A stretch of DNA of 64,000 nucleotides from assembly GCA_963575745.1 (NCBI GenBank), contig CAUYUJ010000171.1:1-64000 (forward strand). The letters are read 5' to 3'. Origin of the DNA: Prorocentrum cordatum (Eukaryota). How positions within the stretch are numbered: position 1 is the first letter of the stretch; every line of letters starts with the position of its first letter. The notes under the pieces are model-generated. The model was not told the DNA's origin. It did no database searches and saw only the letters and a program-made list of their open reading frames with translations. A program made the translations under genes and the position numbers. Below are positions 24,374 through 36,960 of the stretch, piece after piece.

Positions 24374-24557
24374 CTAGTGGTAGTAGTAGTAGTAGTAGTA
24401 GTAGTAACATTAGTAACATTATTATTATACGTATTATTAGTAGTAGTAGTCGTAATCGTAGGTGTATGTGTAGTAGCTGCTGCTGTGGTAGTCGTAGTAA
24501 GATTAATGAACGGAGTGGTAGAAGTGGTGGCAGCCGTAATAGTAGTCGTAGTAGTAG

Positions 24558-24605
<48 letters not shown>

Positions 24606-24747
24606 CCGTAGTAGTAGTAGTAGCAGCAGCAGTAGTAGTAGTAGTAGTAGTAGTAGTAGTCGTTGTAGCAGTAATATGAGTAAGAGAATTTGAAAAGACT
24701 GGTAGCCGTAGTAAGGTCATTAGTAATAGTGGCAGTAGCAGTAGTAC

Positions 24748-24801
<54 letters not shown>

Positions 24802-25166
24802 AAGGACTACTACTACTAATAGTACTGGTAGTGGTAGTGGTAATGTATTGGTGGTAGTAGTCGTCGTCGTCGTCGTAGTAGTAGGCGTTCTAGTGGTCGT
24901 AACAATAGTAGTCGTGGTAGTAGTAGCCGTCGTAGTAGCAACAATAGTAATAATAGTAGTCGTAGTAGTAGTAGTAGGCACGAGTACTCGTACTAGAACT
25001 AGTAGCAACAAAATTGGTAGTCGTAGTCGTAGTAACAATAGCCGTAATCAGATAAACGTGCGAATAATTGTACATAACAGGGGTACTCGCAATAACATTA
25101 ATACTTCTAGTCGTCGGATTCGTGATAGTAGTAGTAGTAGTTGTTGTTGTAGTCGTAGTCGTAGTC

Positions 25167-25199
<33 letters not shown>

Positions 25200-25220
25200 A
25201 TAGTCGTAGCAGTAGTAGTC

Positions 25221-25277
<57 letters not shown>

Positions 25278-25438
25278 TAAGAAGAAGTAGCAGCAGTGCC
25301 AGTAGTAGTAGTAGTAGTAGTAGTAATAACAGTAGTAGTGGTAGCAGTAGCCGTAGTAGTAGAAGTAGTAGTAGTAGTAGTAGCAGTAGTAGAGATGCAA
25401 TAGTAGTAGTAATATTAGTAGTCGTAGTAGCAGTGGGG

Positions 25439-25504
<66 letters not shown>

Positions 25505-25522
25505 ATAGTAATAGTAGTAGTC

Positions 25523-25612
<90 letters not shown>

Positions 25613-25760
25613 AGTACTAGTAGTAGTAGTAGTAGTAGTAGTAGCAGTAGTAGTAGTAGTAGTAGCAGTAGTAGTAGTAGTAGTAGTAGTGGTAGTAGTA
25701 GTAGTCGTTGAAGCAGTAATAACAGTAATAGAATTTGAAAACACTGGTAGCCGTAGTAGG

Positions 25761-25791
<31 letters not shown>

Positions 25792-25827
25792 ATAATAATA
25801 ATAGCAGTAGTAGTAGTAGTAGTAGTC

Positions 25828-25878
<51 letters not shown>

Positions 25879-26193
25879 ATAGTAGTGGTAGTGGTCGTGG
25901 TAGTGTATTGGTAGTAGTAGTCGCCGTCGTCGCGGTAGTAGTAGGCGTTGTAGTGGTCGTAGCACGAGTAGTCGGGGTAGTAGTAGCAGTGGAAATAGCG
26001 ATAGTAATACTAATCGTAGTCGTAGTAGTCGTAGTAGGTACTAGGACACGTACTAGTACTAGTAGCAACAGAATTGGTAGTCGTAGTCGTAGTAGCAGTA
26101 GCCGTAATAAAATAAACATCCGAATGCTGGTACATAGCAGGAGCAGCCGCAATACCAATAATACTTCTAGTCGTAGTAGTAGTAGTAGTAGTT

Positions 26194-26236
<43 letters not shown>

Positions 26237-26414
26237 CAGTCGTAGAAGTAGTAGTAGTAATAGTAGTGTAAGATGAAGTAGCAGTCGTGCCAGTAGTAGC
26301 AGTAGTACTCGTACTGGTAGTAGTAGTAACAGCAGTAGTCGTAGTAGTAGTAGTAGTAGTAGTCGTAGTAGCAGTAGTAGGGATGTAGTAGTAGTAGGGG
26401 TAGTAGTAAAAGTC

Positions 26415-26456
<42 letters not shown>

Positions 26457-26625
26457 TTTGTACAGTAGTAGTCGCAGCAGTAGAGGTAGTAGTGGTAGTA
26501 GCCGTAGTAGTAGTAGGAGGAGGAGTACCAGTAGTAGTAGTAGTAGTCGTCGTCGTAGTAGTAATAGTAGTAGTAGTAGTAGTGGTAGTAAGTGTAGTAG
26601 TAGTAGTAGCAGTAGTAGTAGTAGC

Positions 26626-26663
<38 letters not shown>

Positions 26664-26680
26664 CACTAGTATTATTATTA

Positions 26681-26713
<33 letters not shown>

Positions 26714-26818
26714 GTAGTAGTAGTAGTAAGAGTAGTAGCAGTAGTAGCAGCAGTCGTAGTAGTCGTAGTAGTCGTAGCAGTAGTAGAAGCAGTAGTATTA
26801 GTAGTAGTAGTACTAGGG

Positions 26819-26852
<34 letters not shown>

Positions 26853-26926
26853 CAATAGTAGTCGCAGTAATAGTAGTAGTCGTCGTCGTAGTAGTAGGAG
26901 TAGTAGTAGTAGTAGTAGTAGTAGTC

Positions 26927-26959
<33 letters not shown>

Positions 26960-27035
26960 ATAGTAGTAGTAGTAGTAGTACTGGTAGTACTAGTAGTAGT
27001 GGCAGTACTACTAGTAGTTGTTGTGCTAGTAGTAG
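24012..27035. repeat. Degenerate (TAG)n microsatellite with an internal ~1-kb duplication
   Basis: Non-repeat islands (gaatttgaaaa.actggtagccg; aattggtagtcg; atacttctagtcg) recur at ~24680-25280 and ~25730-26280. Confidence 0.95.
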
Positions 27036-27054
27036 GGATAACCGTGCTCTGTTT

Positions 27055-27640
27055 GCCCCAGGGGAGCTGTGGGAACCCTTCGTATGCCTTAGGTTTCCTG
27101 AAGATCTGAGGTCCCCCGTGGGTTTCGGAAGGGTTCCGTAGGGACCCCCGGGGACCCGAAGATCCCAAAGGGATTCGCATGGATTCCCGAGGGGCTCCTG
27201 GGGGGCCTGGGGATCCCCAGGGGATTCCTTCAGATGCACAATGGTTCCTGAAGGATTCCTGAGGGTCCGAAGATTCCCAAACATATTCTTGAGGACCCGA
27301 GGGCTCTCTACGGGATTCCTGAGGACTCGATGGTCCCCAAAGCATTCCTGAGGATCCGAGAGTTCCCGTGGGATTCCTAAGGGTTCGCGTGGACCCCCTA
27401 AGGATTGCAAGGGGATCCGATGATTCCGTTGGAATTCCTGAAGGCCTGGGGATCCCTTACGGGTTCCTGGGGACCCGAGGATTCCCTTACGGGTTCCTGA
27501 GGACCCGAGGATTCCCTCGGGATGTTTGAGGGTCCGAAGATTCCTTAGGGCGGATCGGAGGATGCCCTAGGGTTCCCGTGGATCCGAATATCCCCAGAGA
27601 GTTCCTGAGGACCCAAGGATCTCTAAGAATTCCTTACGGA
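27055..27640. repeat. Degenerate short-period repeat (ggattcctgaggacccga)
   Basis: Recurrent ~10-11/32-bp motif. Confidence 0.75.
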
Positions 27641-27689
27641 GTCATGGGGGCATCTCAGTAGCCGTACAGTGCCATAAGATAATCGTAAA

Positions 27690-29440
27690 GTTTGTTGTTG
27701 GTAACCATATGGTTTTCATATCGCATCCGTACCGTTTTCGTGTGGTACGCGTATGGGTTTCAGATGACAATCGTCAGACAATGGCAATTGTATGGCTTTC
27801 AAATGGTAGCCGTATGCTTATCATATGATAATCGCATTGTTTTACATATGGTAATCGTATGGCAAGCGTATGGTAGCCATGTGACAGTCGTATGGTAGTC
27901 GCATGCTAACCGTATGGTATATCGTATGGTAACGGTATGGTTCTCATATGGTACTCCTATGGTATTAATACTGTAACCGTATGGGTTTCAAATGATGACC
28001 GTACGGTTGGCCTCTGGTGGTTGTATGGTGTTCTGATGGTAATTGCATGGTTGCATCAATGAATCATATGGAGTTTTATGGTACGCGTACACATGTCCTG
28101 TGGTACCCGTGTGGCTTTCGTATGGCAGCCGTCTGGTTGGCATGTGGTATTCGTACGGCTGTCGTGTGCTAGCCGTATGGTTGTCATCTGCTACTCGTAT
28201 GGGTGGTATCTGATAAATGCATGGTGTATAGCAGTCGCATGGCTTTCGTCTGGTATTCCTATGGTTCCGTATAATAATGGTGTGGATGTCCTATGGTAGG
28301 CGCATGGCTTTCCACATGGCAGTCGCACAATTTCCGTATGCTAATCTTATATATTCGTATGGTAATTGATATGGTCTTCCTATGGCGACCGAAGTGTTGC
28401 CGTATGGTAATCGTATGGCTGTTGTATGGCAAGTTCATGGGTTTCACATGGTAAGTTTATGGGTTCTTATAATGTTGTTACGGTTTTCTTATGGTACTGG
28501 TATGGTAATGGTACGGTTTTCGTATGGTAGTGGTGTGAGTGTTTGATGATGCTTGTATGTTTTTTTTTGTAAAAGATGTGATTGCTTTCTCATGCTAATG
28601 GTTTGACATTCTTGTGGTAAAAACGGTATGGCTTTTCGCATGGTAGTGGTATGGTTCGCTGAATGTACTGGCATGAGTTTCGTATGGTTCTGGTATGGGT
28701 TTCTTATGGTACTGGTATGGTTGCCTGATGGTAATGGCAAGGCTGTCGCACGGTAGCGGAATGAGTTTCTTATGGTGGTACTGAATTGGCTTTCCTATGG
28801 TAACGGAATTGTTCTCTTATGATAATGGTTTGGCGTTCCTGTGGTAACTGTGGTGACGGTATCGTTTTCTCTTGGTAATGGTATGGCGTTCTCGTGGTAA
28901 TGGTATGGTTGTCTTATGGTAATGGTATGGTTTGTCCAATGGTCCGGGCATGGTTTTTCTCATAATAATGGAATGGTTCTCTCATTGTAATGGCCTGGTT
29001 TTCGTATGGTAAGGTTGTGTTTTTTTGCTAATCGTACGGTTTCCTTCTGGTAGTGACATGATTTCCTTATGGCAATGGCTGCCCTACGGTAGTAGTATGG
29101 CTCCAATATGGTAATGGTTTGGTTCTCTTATGGTAATCGTATGGTTTTCTGATGGTACGGTATGGTTGTCGTAAGGCAATGGCATGGTTGTCTTATGAGC
29201 ACGGTATGGTTTGCTTATGGTAACGATATGGCGTTCGTTTGGTAATGGTATAGCCTTCTTCTCGTAATGGTACGGTGTTCTTATGGTGTTGGTATGGTTT
29301 TCTTATGGTAATGGTATGGTTGTCTTATGGTAGCTTCTGGCAATGGGATGGCTTTCTTATGGCACCGGCGTGGTGTTCTTCTGGTACGGGCTTCGTATTG
29401 TACTGCTACGGTCTTTTTATGGTAACCGCATGGTTGTCGC
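27690..29440. repeat. Degenerate ~11/22-bp repeat (atggtaatggtatggttttctt)
   Basis: atgg recurs about every 11 bp. Confidence 0.8.
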
Positions 29441-29534
29441 ATGCGGCGGCTCGGCCGCCCAGAATCTCCACCACTCTCCCTTCCTCAATTCCAACGGATA
29501 CAAAGTGGGCAAAGAGAATAAGTTTAACCCCAGT

Positions 29535-29557
29535 GCTCGTAGTAGTAGTAATAGTAA

Positions 29558-29599
<42 letters not shown>

Positions 29600-29606
29600 C
29601 AGTAGC

Positions 29607-29644
<38 letters not shown>

Positions 29645-29812
29645 AAGTTGTAGTAGTAGTAGTAGTAGTACTAGTACTAGTACTAGTACAGTACTGGTAC
29701 TAGTACTAGTACTAGTACTAGTACTAGTACTGGTACTAGTACTAGTAGTAGTACTAGTCGTTGTAACAATAGAAGGGTAGTACCAGCAGGCACGGTAGTG
29801 ATCGTGATAGTA

Positions 29813-29859
<47 letters not shown>

Positions 29860-30124
29860 CGCAGTAATAGTTATAGTATTAGTAGTACTGGCGGTACTAG
29901 CAATCACGTTAACAGTAATACTAGAAAAAAAGAAACGGTAGTTGTAGTCGTAGTCGCAATAGTAGTAGTAGTAGTACTACTACTACTACTACTAGTAGTC
30001 GTAGTAGTAGTCGTAGTCGTGGTAGTAGTAGTAGTAGTAGTAGTAGGAGTAGTAGTAGTAGTAGTAGTAGTAGTCGTAGTAGTAGTAGTAGTAGTAGTAG
30101 TAGTACTAGTACTAGTACTAGTAC

Positions 30125-30164
<40 letters not shown>

Positions 30165-30172
30165 CGTAGTAC

Positions 30173-30208
<36 letters not shown>

Positions 30209-30235
30209 CAGTAGTAGTAGTAGTAGTAGCGGTAC
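29535..30235. repeat. (TAG)n / (TACTAG)n microsatellite
   Basis: Direct inspection. Confidence 0.95.
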
Positions 30236-30321
30236 TTGCAATGATGCTAACAGTAATGCTCCAAGTATCCTGGCGAAGGACCCAACCATGTGCAGTTGTG
30301 AATATCGCATTGCGGGTGCCG

Positions 30322-33300
30322 CTTTCGGTGGAGCTCCCTGTGGGGCCACGAAACGCTGTGCTGGGTGGGGGTGGCGCATGCGGGCGGCACCACTGGGGCC
30401 TTCGGTGGAGGTCCCTGTGGGGCCACGAAACGCTGTACTGGGCGGGGGTGACGCATGCGGGCGGCACCACTGGGGCCGTCGGTGGAGCTCCCTGTGGGGC
30501 CACGAAACGCTGTGCTGGGTGGGGGTGGCGCATGCGGGCGGCACCACTGGGGCCTTCGGTGGAGCTCCCTGTGGGGCCACGAGATACTGTGCTGGGGTGG
30601 GGGTGACGCATGCGGGCGGCACCACTGGGGCCTTCGGTGGAGGTCCCTGTGGGGCCGCGAAACGCTTTGCTGGGTGGAGGTGCCGAAATGGGCGTGCGGG
30701 ACGCATGCGAGCGGTGGCACTGGGGCCTTCGGTGGAGCTCCCTATGGGGCCACGAAACGTTTGAGGGGTGTGCCGAAATGGGTGTGGCTGACGCATGCGG
30801 GCTGGGGCCACGAAACGTGTGAGGGGTGTGCCGACTTGGATGTGGCTGACGCATGCGGGCGGCAGCACTGGGGCCTTCGGTGGAGCTCCCTACGGGGCCA
30901 CGAAAGCGTGTGAGGGGTGTGCCGAATTGGGTGTGGCTGACGCATGCGGGCGGCAGCACTGGGGCCTTCGGTGGAGCTCCCTATGGGGCCACGAAACGTG
31001 TGAGGGGCGTGCCGAATTGGGTGTGGCTGACGCATGCGGGCGGCGACACTGGAGCCTTCGGTGGAGCTCCCGATGGGGCCACGAAACGTGTGAGGGGTGT
31101 GCCGAACTGGGTGTGGCTGACGCATGCGGGCGGCGGCACTGGGGCCTTCGGTGGAGCTCCCTATGGGGCCACGAAACGTGTGAGGGGTGTGCCGAATTGG
31201 GTGTGGCTGGCGCATGCGGGCGGCGGCACTGGGGCCTTCGGTGGAGCTCCCTATGGGGCCACGAAACGTGTGAAGGGTGTGTCGAATTGGGTGTGGCTGA
31301 CGCATGCGGGCGGCGGCACTGGGGCCTTTGGAGCTCCTTCTGGGGCCACGAAACGTGTGAGGGTCCCGAACTGGGGTGTGGCTGGCGCATGCGGGCGGCG
31401 GCACGGGGCCTTCGGTGGAGCTCCCTATGGGGCCACGAAACGTGTGAGGGGTGTGCCGAATGGGTGTGGCTGACGCATGCGGGCGGCAGCACTGGGGCCT
31501 TCGGTGGAGCTCCCTATGGGGCCACGAAACGTGTGAGGGGTGTGCCGAATTGGGTGTGGCTGACGCATGCGGGCGGCAGGCACTGGGGCCTTCGGTGGAG
31601 CTCCCTATGGGGCCACGAAACGTGTGAGGGGTGTGTCGAATTGGGTGTGGCTGACGCATGCGGGCGGCAGCACTGGGGCCTTCGGTGGAGCTCCCTATGG
31701 GGCCACGAAACGTGTGAGGGGTGTGCCGAATTGGGTGTGGCTGACGCATGCGGGCGGCGGCACTGGGGCCTTTGGTGGAGCTTCCTATGGGGCCACGAAG
31801 CGTGTGAGGGGTGTGCCGAACTGGGTGTGGCTGACGCATGCGGGTGGCAGCACTGGGGCCTTCGGTGGAGCTCCCTATGGGGCCACGGAGCGTGTGAAGG
31901 GTATGCCGAATTGGGTGTGGCTGGCGCATGCGGGCGGCAGCACTGGGGCCTTCGGTGGAGCTCCCTATGGGGCCACGAAACGTGTGAGAGGTGTGACGAT
32001 GATGGTGCTGATGACGATGATGGTGGGTGATGACGATGATCATGATGATGATGATGACGATGATGATGATGACGGTGATGATGATGATGCTGATGGGAGG
32101 AGGGAGGAGGGGGAAGAAGAGGAGAGGAGATGAGAGGAGGAGAGGAACGCGGGGCACCGTCTCTTCAAAACGATGACCCAACACCACAGGATTGTTGGGA
32201 AATTACCCTGGCGAAGGACCCAATCATGCGCAGTTGTGAATATCGCATTGCGGGTGCCGCTTTCGGTGGAGCTCCCTGTGGGGCCACGAAACGCTGTGCT
32301 GGGTGGGGGTGACGCATGCGGGCGGCAGCACTGGGGCCTTCGGTGAAGGTCCCTGTGGGGCCACGGAACGCTGTACTGGGCGGGGGTGACGCATGCGGGC
32401 GGCACCACTGGGGCCGTCGGTGGAGCTCCCTGTGGGGCCACGAAACGCTGTGCTGGGTGGGGCTGACGCATGCGGGCGGCAGCACTGGGGCCTTCGGTGG
32501 AGCTCCCTGTGGGGCCACGAAATGCTGTGCTGGGGTGGGGGTGACGCATGCGGGCGGCACCACTGGAGCCTTCGGTGGAGTTCCCTACGGGGCCACGGGA
32601 GGCTGTGTTTGGTGGAGGTGCCGAAATGAATGTGCGGGACGCATGCGAGCGGTGGCATTGGGGCCTTCGGTGGAGCTCGCCATGGGGCCACGAAACGTGT
32701 GAGGGGTGTGCCGAATTGGGTGTGGCTGACGCATGCGGGCTGGGGCCACGAAGCGTGTGATGGGTGTGCCGAATTGGATGTGGCTGACGCATGCGGGCGG
32801 CGGCACTGCGGCCTTCGGTGGAGCTCCCTATGGGGCCACGAAAGCGTGTGAGGGGTGTGCCGAATTGGGTGTGGCTGACGCATGCGGGCGGCAGCACTGG
32901 GGCCTTCGGTGGAGCTCCCTATGCGGCGGCGGCACTGAAAGCGTGTGAGGGGTGTGCCGAACTGGGTGTGGCTGACGCATGCGGGCGGCGGCGCTGGTGC
33001 CTTCGGTGGAGCTCCCTATGGGGCCACGAAACGTGTGAGGGGTGTGCCGACTTGGGTGTGGCTGACGCATGCGGGCGGCGGCACTGGTGCCTTCGGTGGA
33101 GCTCCCTACGGGGCCACGAAACGTGTGCGGGGTGTGTCGAATTGGGTGTGGCTGACGCATGCGGGCGGCGGCACTGGGGCCTTTGGTGGAGCTCCCTATG
33201 GGGCCACGAAACGTGTGAGGGGTGTGCCGAACTGGGTGTGGCTGACGCATGCGGGCGGCAGCACTGGGGCCTTCGGTGGAGCTCCCTATGGGGCCACGAA

Positions 33301-33765
33301 AGCGTGTGAGGGGTGTGCCGAATTGGGTGTGGCTGACGCATGCGGGCGGCGGCACTGGGGCCTTCGGTGGAGCTCCCTATGGGGCCACGAAACGTGTGAG
33401 GGGTGTGCCGAATTGGGTTTGGCTGACGCATGCGGGCGGCAGCACTGGGGCCTTCGGTGGAACTCCCTATGGGGCCACGAAGCGTGTGAGGGGTGTGTCG
33501 AATTGGGTGTGGCTGACGCATGCGGGCGGCAGCACTGGGGCCTTCGGTGGAGCTCCCTATGAGGCCACGAAGCGTGTGAGGGGTGTGTCGAATTGGGTGT
33601 GGCTGACGCATGCGGGCGGCGGCACTGGGGCCTTTGGTGGAGCTCCCTATGGGGCCACGAAACGTGTGAGGGGTGTGCCGAACTGGGTGTGGCTGGCGCA
33701 TCCGGGCGGCAGCACTGGGGCCTTCGGTTGAGCTCCCTATGGGGCCACGAAACGTGTGAGAGGTG
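30322..33765. repeat. 77/90-bp satellite (ggggccttcggtggagctccctatggggccacgaaacgtgtgaggggtgtgccgaattgggtgtggctgacgcatgcgggcggcggcact), continuing at 44100-44433
   Basis: Dozens of near-identical units in two blocks with the same order of variants. Confidence 0.97.
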
Positions 33766-33885
33766 TGACGATGATGGTGATGATGACGATGATGGTGGGT
33801 GATTACGATGATGATGGTGATGATGATGATGATGATGATGACGATGATGATGGTGACGATGATGATGATGATGCTGATGGGAGGA

Positions 33886-34099
33886 CGTGCAGTGGCACGT
33901 GATATAACTCCTCTCCTCCCGGCAGCGATGGCGGCTGAATGCAGTGGGGCTGTGTTTTCCGTATCGATCGCTCGAACAGTACACAACTATGACGCGTCTT
34001 GAGCCAGTACATTACAGTACGGGCTGTGAATTCGCCGGGCCCCCGGTGAGCTCTAGAGGGCCCCGAGAGAGGAACGTGTGAGGCATGTAACAACTTACT
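33886..34099 (-). repeat. 3' LTR (214 bp)
   Basis: Identical by eye to 43732-43945. Confidence 0.95.
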
Positions 34100-34395
34100 C
34101 TCGTGATGGCTTAATCTACGCAGTAGGCTCTGTGGCCCATGACTAACTGACGGCAACTAAAGTGAGGAGGAACTAATTATTACAACTACGCGTAAGCAAT
34201 GACGTGTGATACGCGGCGGCACAACGGTAGCGGCGGCAGGCAACAACAACAAAAAATGACAACAAGCTGGCCTAACGTACGTGATCTTCTCGCAGTAGAC
34301 GCACCACTCGTGGAGGCCGTACTTCTGCACTATAACGCTCCACAGGTGGTCGATGAACTGTAGCGCTCTAATGCTCTTCAGGTGGCAATCGTCGT

Positions 34396-36960
34396 TCAGC
34401 GTTTCTTCTCGTCGGCGGTCTGGGATTTCGAACTCCATCTCTTCGGTTCGTGCTGTGGTCGCCACTCGCCCTGATTCAACGCATTCATGACGTCGAACCT
34501 ACTGATACTGCCCTTGGTGAGTCCGTCGCACAACATATCCCTCGTGTCTATCCATATCAATTCTGCTATGATGCCGCGGTCCAACCATTCTCGCACTTTC
34601 ATTACTGTGCATGCTAGGTGTCGCTCAGTCGGAAGTTGAAACTCGGTGGCCGTGCACGCCTTGAAAAATGACTCGCTGTCCGTGAAGACTATGATCTTCC
34701 TGCTGAAACCGCCTCGCTCTGCGTATGTCGCCAGTTGGGTAGCCGTCTGCGAGCCTCTGTCAACTTCATGTACAAGACCTGCCAACACAATGCACATAGA
34801 TGCTGCGTCTCCAACTGCTCCTGCTTCTGCGCTGAATGTATTTCTATTCACTCTGGATTGCTTCTTGCTGGTCGTCACGAACATGTGTAGTTTGCCTCCG
34901 ATCTTCGTGCTGGCGTGCTGACACAATCCCATGATGTCTGCTCGAAGTGCTAGGCAATCTGGTTCGTCTGCTCTGAAAGCCGAATCCACAATACAATATA
35001 AAGCTGTGTCTCCCAACATCTGCGAATATCGAACTCCTGCATGATGCGTCTGGATCCACTTCAAACTCAGATTCAAAACCTGTGCGTGCTTGTGCTTGAG
35101 CTGCTTGGCGTTACGCTGACATAGTCCAACGAAAACTTGAATTTCTGGCCTTGATTGAGTTACCCATGACAACGCTCCCAAGAGACTCCTTGCCAAGGTG
35201 TGCAATTCTATGCTGAGATCATCATCTGGTCGGTGAGCTGAATGAGCTGGCAAGGGTATCATGTGCAACTCTGCGATGTAGCCCTTCTGATGTATGTAGA
35301 TCGACTTCTTGTCCGTCGTCTGCTCGTGCTCCACTCCCAGGTACATGAACTTGTTCATATGCTTGCTGCACTTGCCAAATGCAGTCTCCAATGCCTTCCA
35401 TAATTCTTCTCGTGCCGAAGTCGTCGATGATCCTTTTAAGTCATCTAGATGACCGCAAACCAATGAAATACACTTATTCTGGTTGTCGTGCCTCATGTAC
35501 AGCTTGTTGTCAGTCTTGCTTGGAATATGGTGCGTCGCATTCATAACTTGTGCCAACTTCAAGGTAAACAATCTCGGTGCGTCCTTCAGTCCCCAAATCG
35601 GTCGCAAAATACGTAGGCAGTGTTTCTCATGATTGAAGCCCTCCCAGCCCTTGAACGTCCTCAAAACGGAAGCTGTCTTGGCGTCTACAATAAGCTGAAC
35701 TTGCCTGATCAAACCGTCCGTCGTCATTTGATTGATCTCGTCGAACGTAAGGCCCTTGAGGAAAGCTCCTGAGATGTCCAGTGCCCACAAATCATACTCA
35801 TTCTGGCATGCGTGACTGTTCACCACTCGTGTGCTGTACCGGGCTGCGGTTCCGCTGAAGGTCTCCACCTGGGACTGCCTGTCCTTGAATCCCCTCAGCG
35901 TCCATCTACCCTTGACCTCGCGCTGCTCCTTGCCATCAAGAATCGTGATCTTCCACTTGAAAACCCATGTGCCGTCGACGAGGTTGGTGGCGTCCCGCTT
36001 GAGCATGATGCCAACGCTCTCGAGCTCCAACCACTGCTGCAACTCTCTTTTCATAGAACCGATAACCTTTTCATGATGTTGTCGCTGATCATCTGCACTG
36101 AGGTTATGAAGATCTCGTTTGATAACTTGGCTGCTGAGCTTAGTCTTAGATAAGAAATAAACCAAATCATACCCTTCGGGAATGCGCTGCTTCGTTCGAA
36201 ACTCCAGATAAGCGGTATACCAAGGTAAAGCAAACTCCGCCACGGGTTCCTCGCGCTCGAAGTGAAACGTCATGTCCCTTGACTGGTCCACCAAATCGTG
36301 CTTCGTCTGCTGTGCCGGTGCCTCGAAGTACTCGAACTCGGACTGGTCGAAATCGTCGTTCACGCTCCTTCGCTTGAGCAGGGGCTCTGGATTCCTGCTC
36401 GTGATATACGCCTTGAACTCGTCCATCGTAGTGGGTAGCCTGACCTCATTGCCGCGGTGGTCGCAGTAGAGGTCGTCGCCTTCCGCAATGCGCCAGCCTC
36501 CGTCACCTGGATCTGGTGGTGGTCCGCGATCATCGACGCCCGTCCCGGGCTCGAAGTCCTCGTCGCTGATTTCCTCGGTCGTTGTAGGTGAGGCTGGTCG
36601 TACTGCTGGTGTCGTGGGTGCTGCTGTCGATGCTGCTGCGCCTGAGGAGGATGCTGCTGCGCCTGCAGTCGGTGGCTCGTAAGGTGGGGGATCCAAGATA
36701 GGTCCCTCGTCTCGGTCAACTGCTGGATCTGGTCGTTGACGTCGGTCTGCAGGTGCTGCTCGATCCATTTCTTCTTCCTCGTGGGGCAGCGTGCGATACT
36801 TGTGTGCTCGGTCGTCGTCGTGAACTCCGTCATGTTTTCTTCTTCTTCGTGGTACTCTTTCTTCTTCTTCAGGAGGGGGTACCGCCGCTGGTGCTTCAGG
36901 TACTCGATCTGGTTGTGGAGGTGCCGGAGGTGCTGGGTTCATGTCCATGTCTCCTGGCAC
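34396..36960 (-). CDS. Copia reverse transcriptase + RNase H segment
   Basis: RT motifs KGRWTLRGFKD, ALDISGAFLKG, WGLKDAPR, HLDD. RNase H motifs IVDSAF, SAEA, FTDSES, DMLCDGLTKG. In frame with the integrase ORF across a TAA. Confidence 0.95.
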   Translation of the reverse strand: MPGDMDMNPAPPAPPQPDRVPEAPAAVPPPEEEERVPRRRRKHDGVHDDDRAHKYRTLPHEEEEMDRAAPADRRQRPDPAVDRDEGPILDPPPYEPPTAGAAASSSGAAASTAAPTTPAVRPASPTTTEEISDEDFEPGTGVDDRGPPPDPGDGGWRIAEGDDLYCDHRGNEVRLPTTMDEFKAYITSRNPEPLLKRRSVNDDFDQSEFEYFEAPAQQTKHDLVDQSRDMTFHFEREEPVAEFALPWYTAYLEFRTKQRIPEGYDLVYFLSKTKLSSQVIKRDLHNLSADDQRQHHEKVIGSMKRELQQWLELESVGIMLKRDATNLVDGTWVFKWKITILDGKEQREVKGRWTLRGFKDRQSQVETFSGTAARYSTRVVNSHACQNEYDLWALDISGAFLKGLTFDEINQMTTDGLIRQVQLIVDAKTASVLRTFKGWEGFNHEKHCLRILRPIWGLKDAPRLFTLKLAQVMNATHHIPSKTDNKLYMRHDNQNKCISLVCGHLDDLKGSSTTSAREELWKALETAFGKCSKHMNKFMYLGVEHEQTTDKKSIYIHQKGYIAELHMIPLPAHSAHRPDDDLSIELHTLARSLLGALSWVTQSRPEIQVFVGLCQRNAKQLKHKHAQVLNLSLKWIQTHHAGVRYSQMLGDTALYCIVDSAFRADEPDCLALRADIMGLCQHASTKIGGKLHMFVTTSKKQSRVNRNTFSAEAGAVGDAASMCIVLAGLVHEVDRGSQTATQLATYAERGGFSRKIIVFTDSESFFKACTATEFQLPTERHLACTVMKVREWLDRGIIAELIWIDTRDMLCDGLTKGSISRFDVMNALNQGEWRPQHEPKRWSSKSQTADEKKR

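Noticed and set aside
30322..33765. CRISPR array or repeat-protein ORFs (GPSVELPMGPRNV etc.)
   Set aside because: Homogeneous satellite units without unique spacers. Multiple frames on both strands are open, and indels switch frames.
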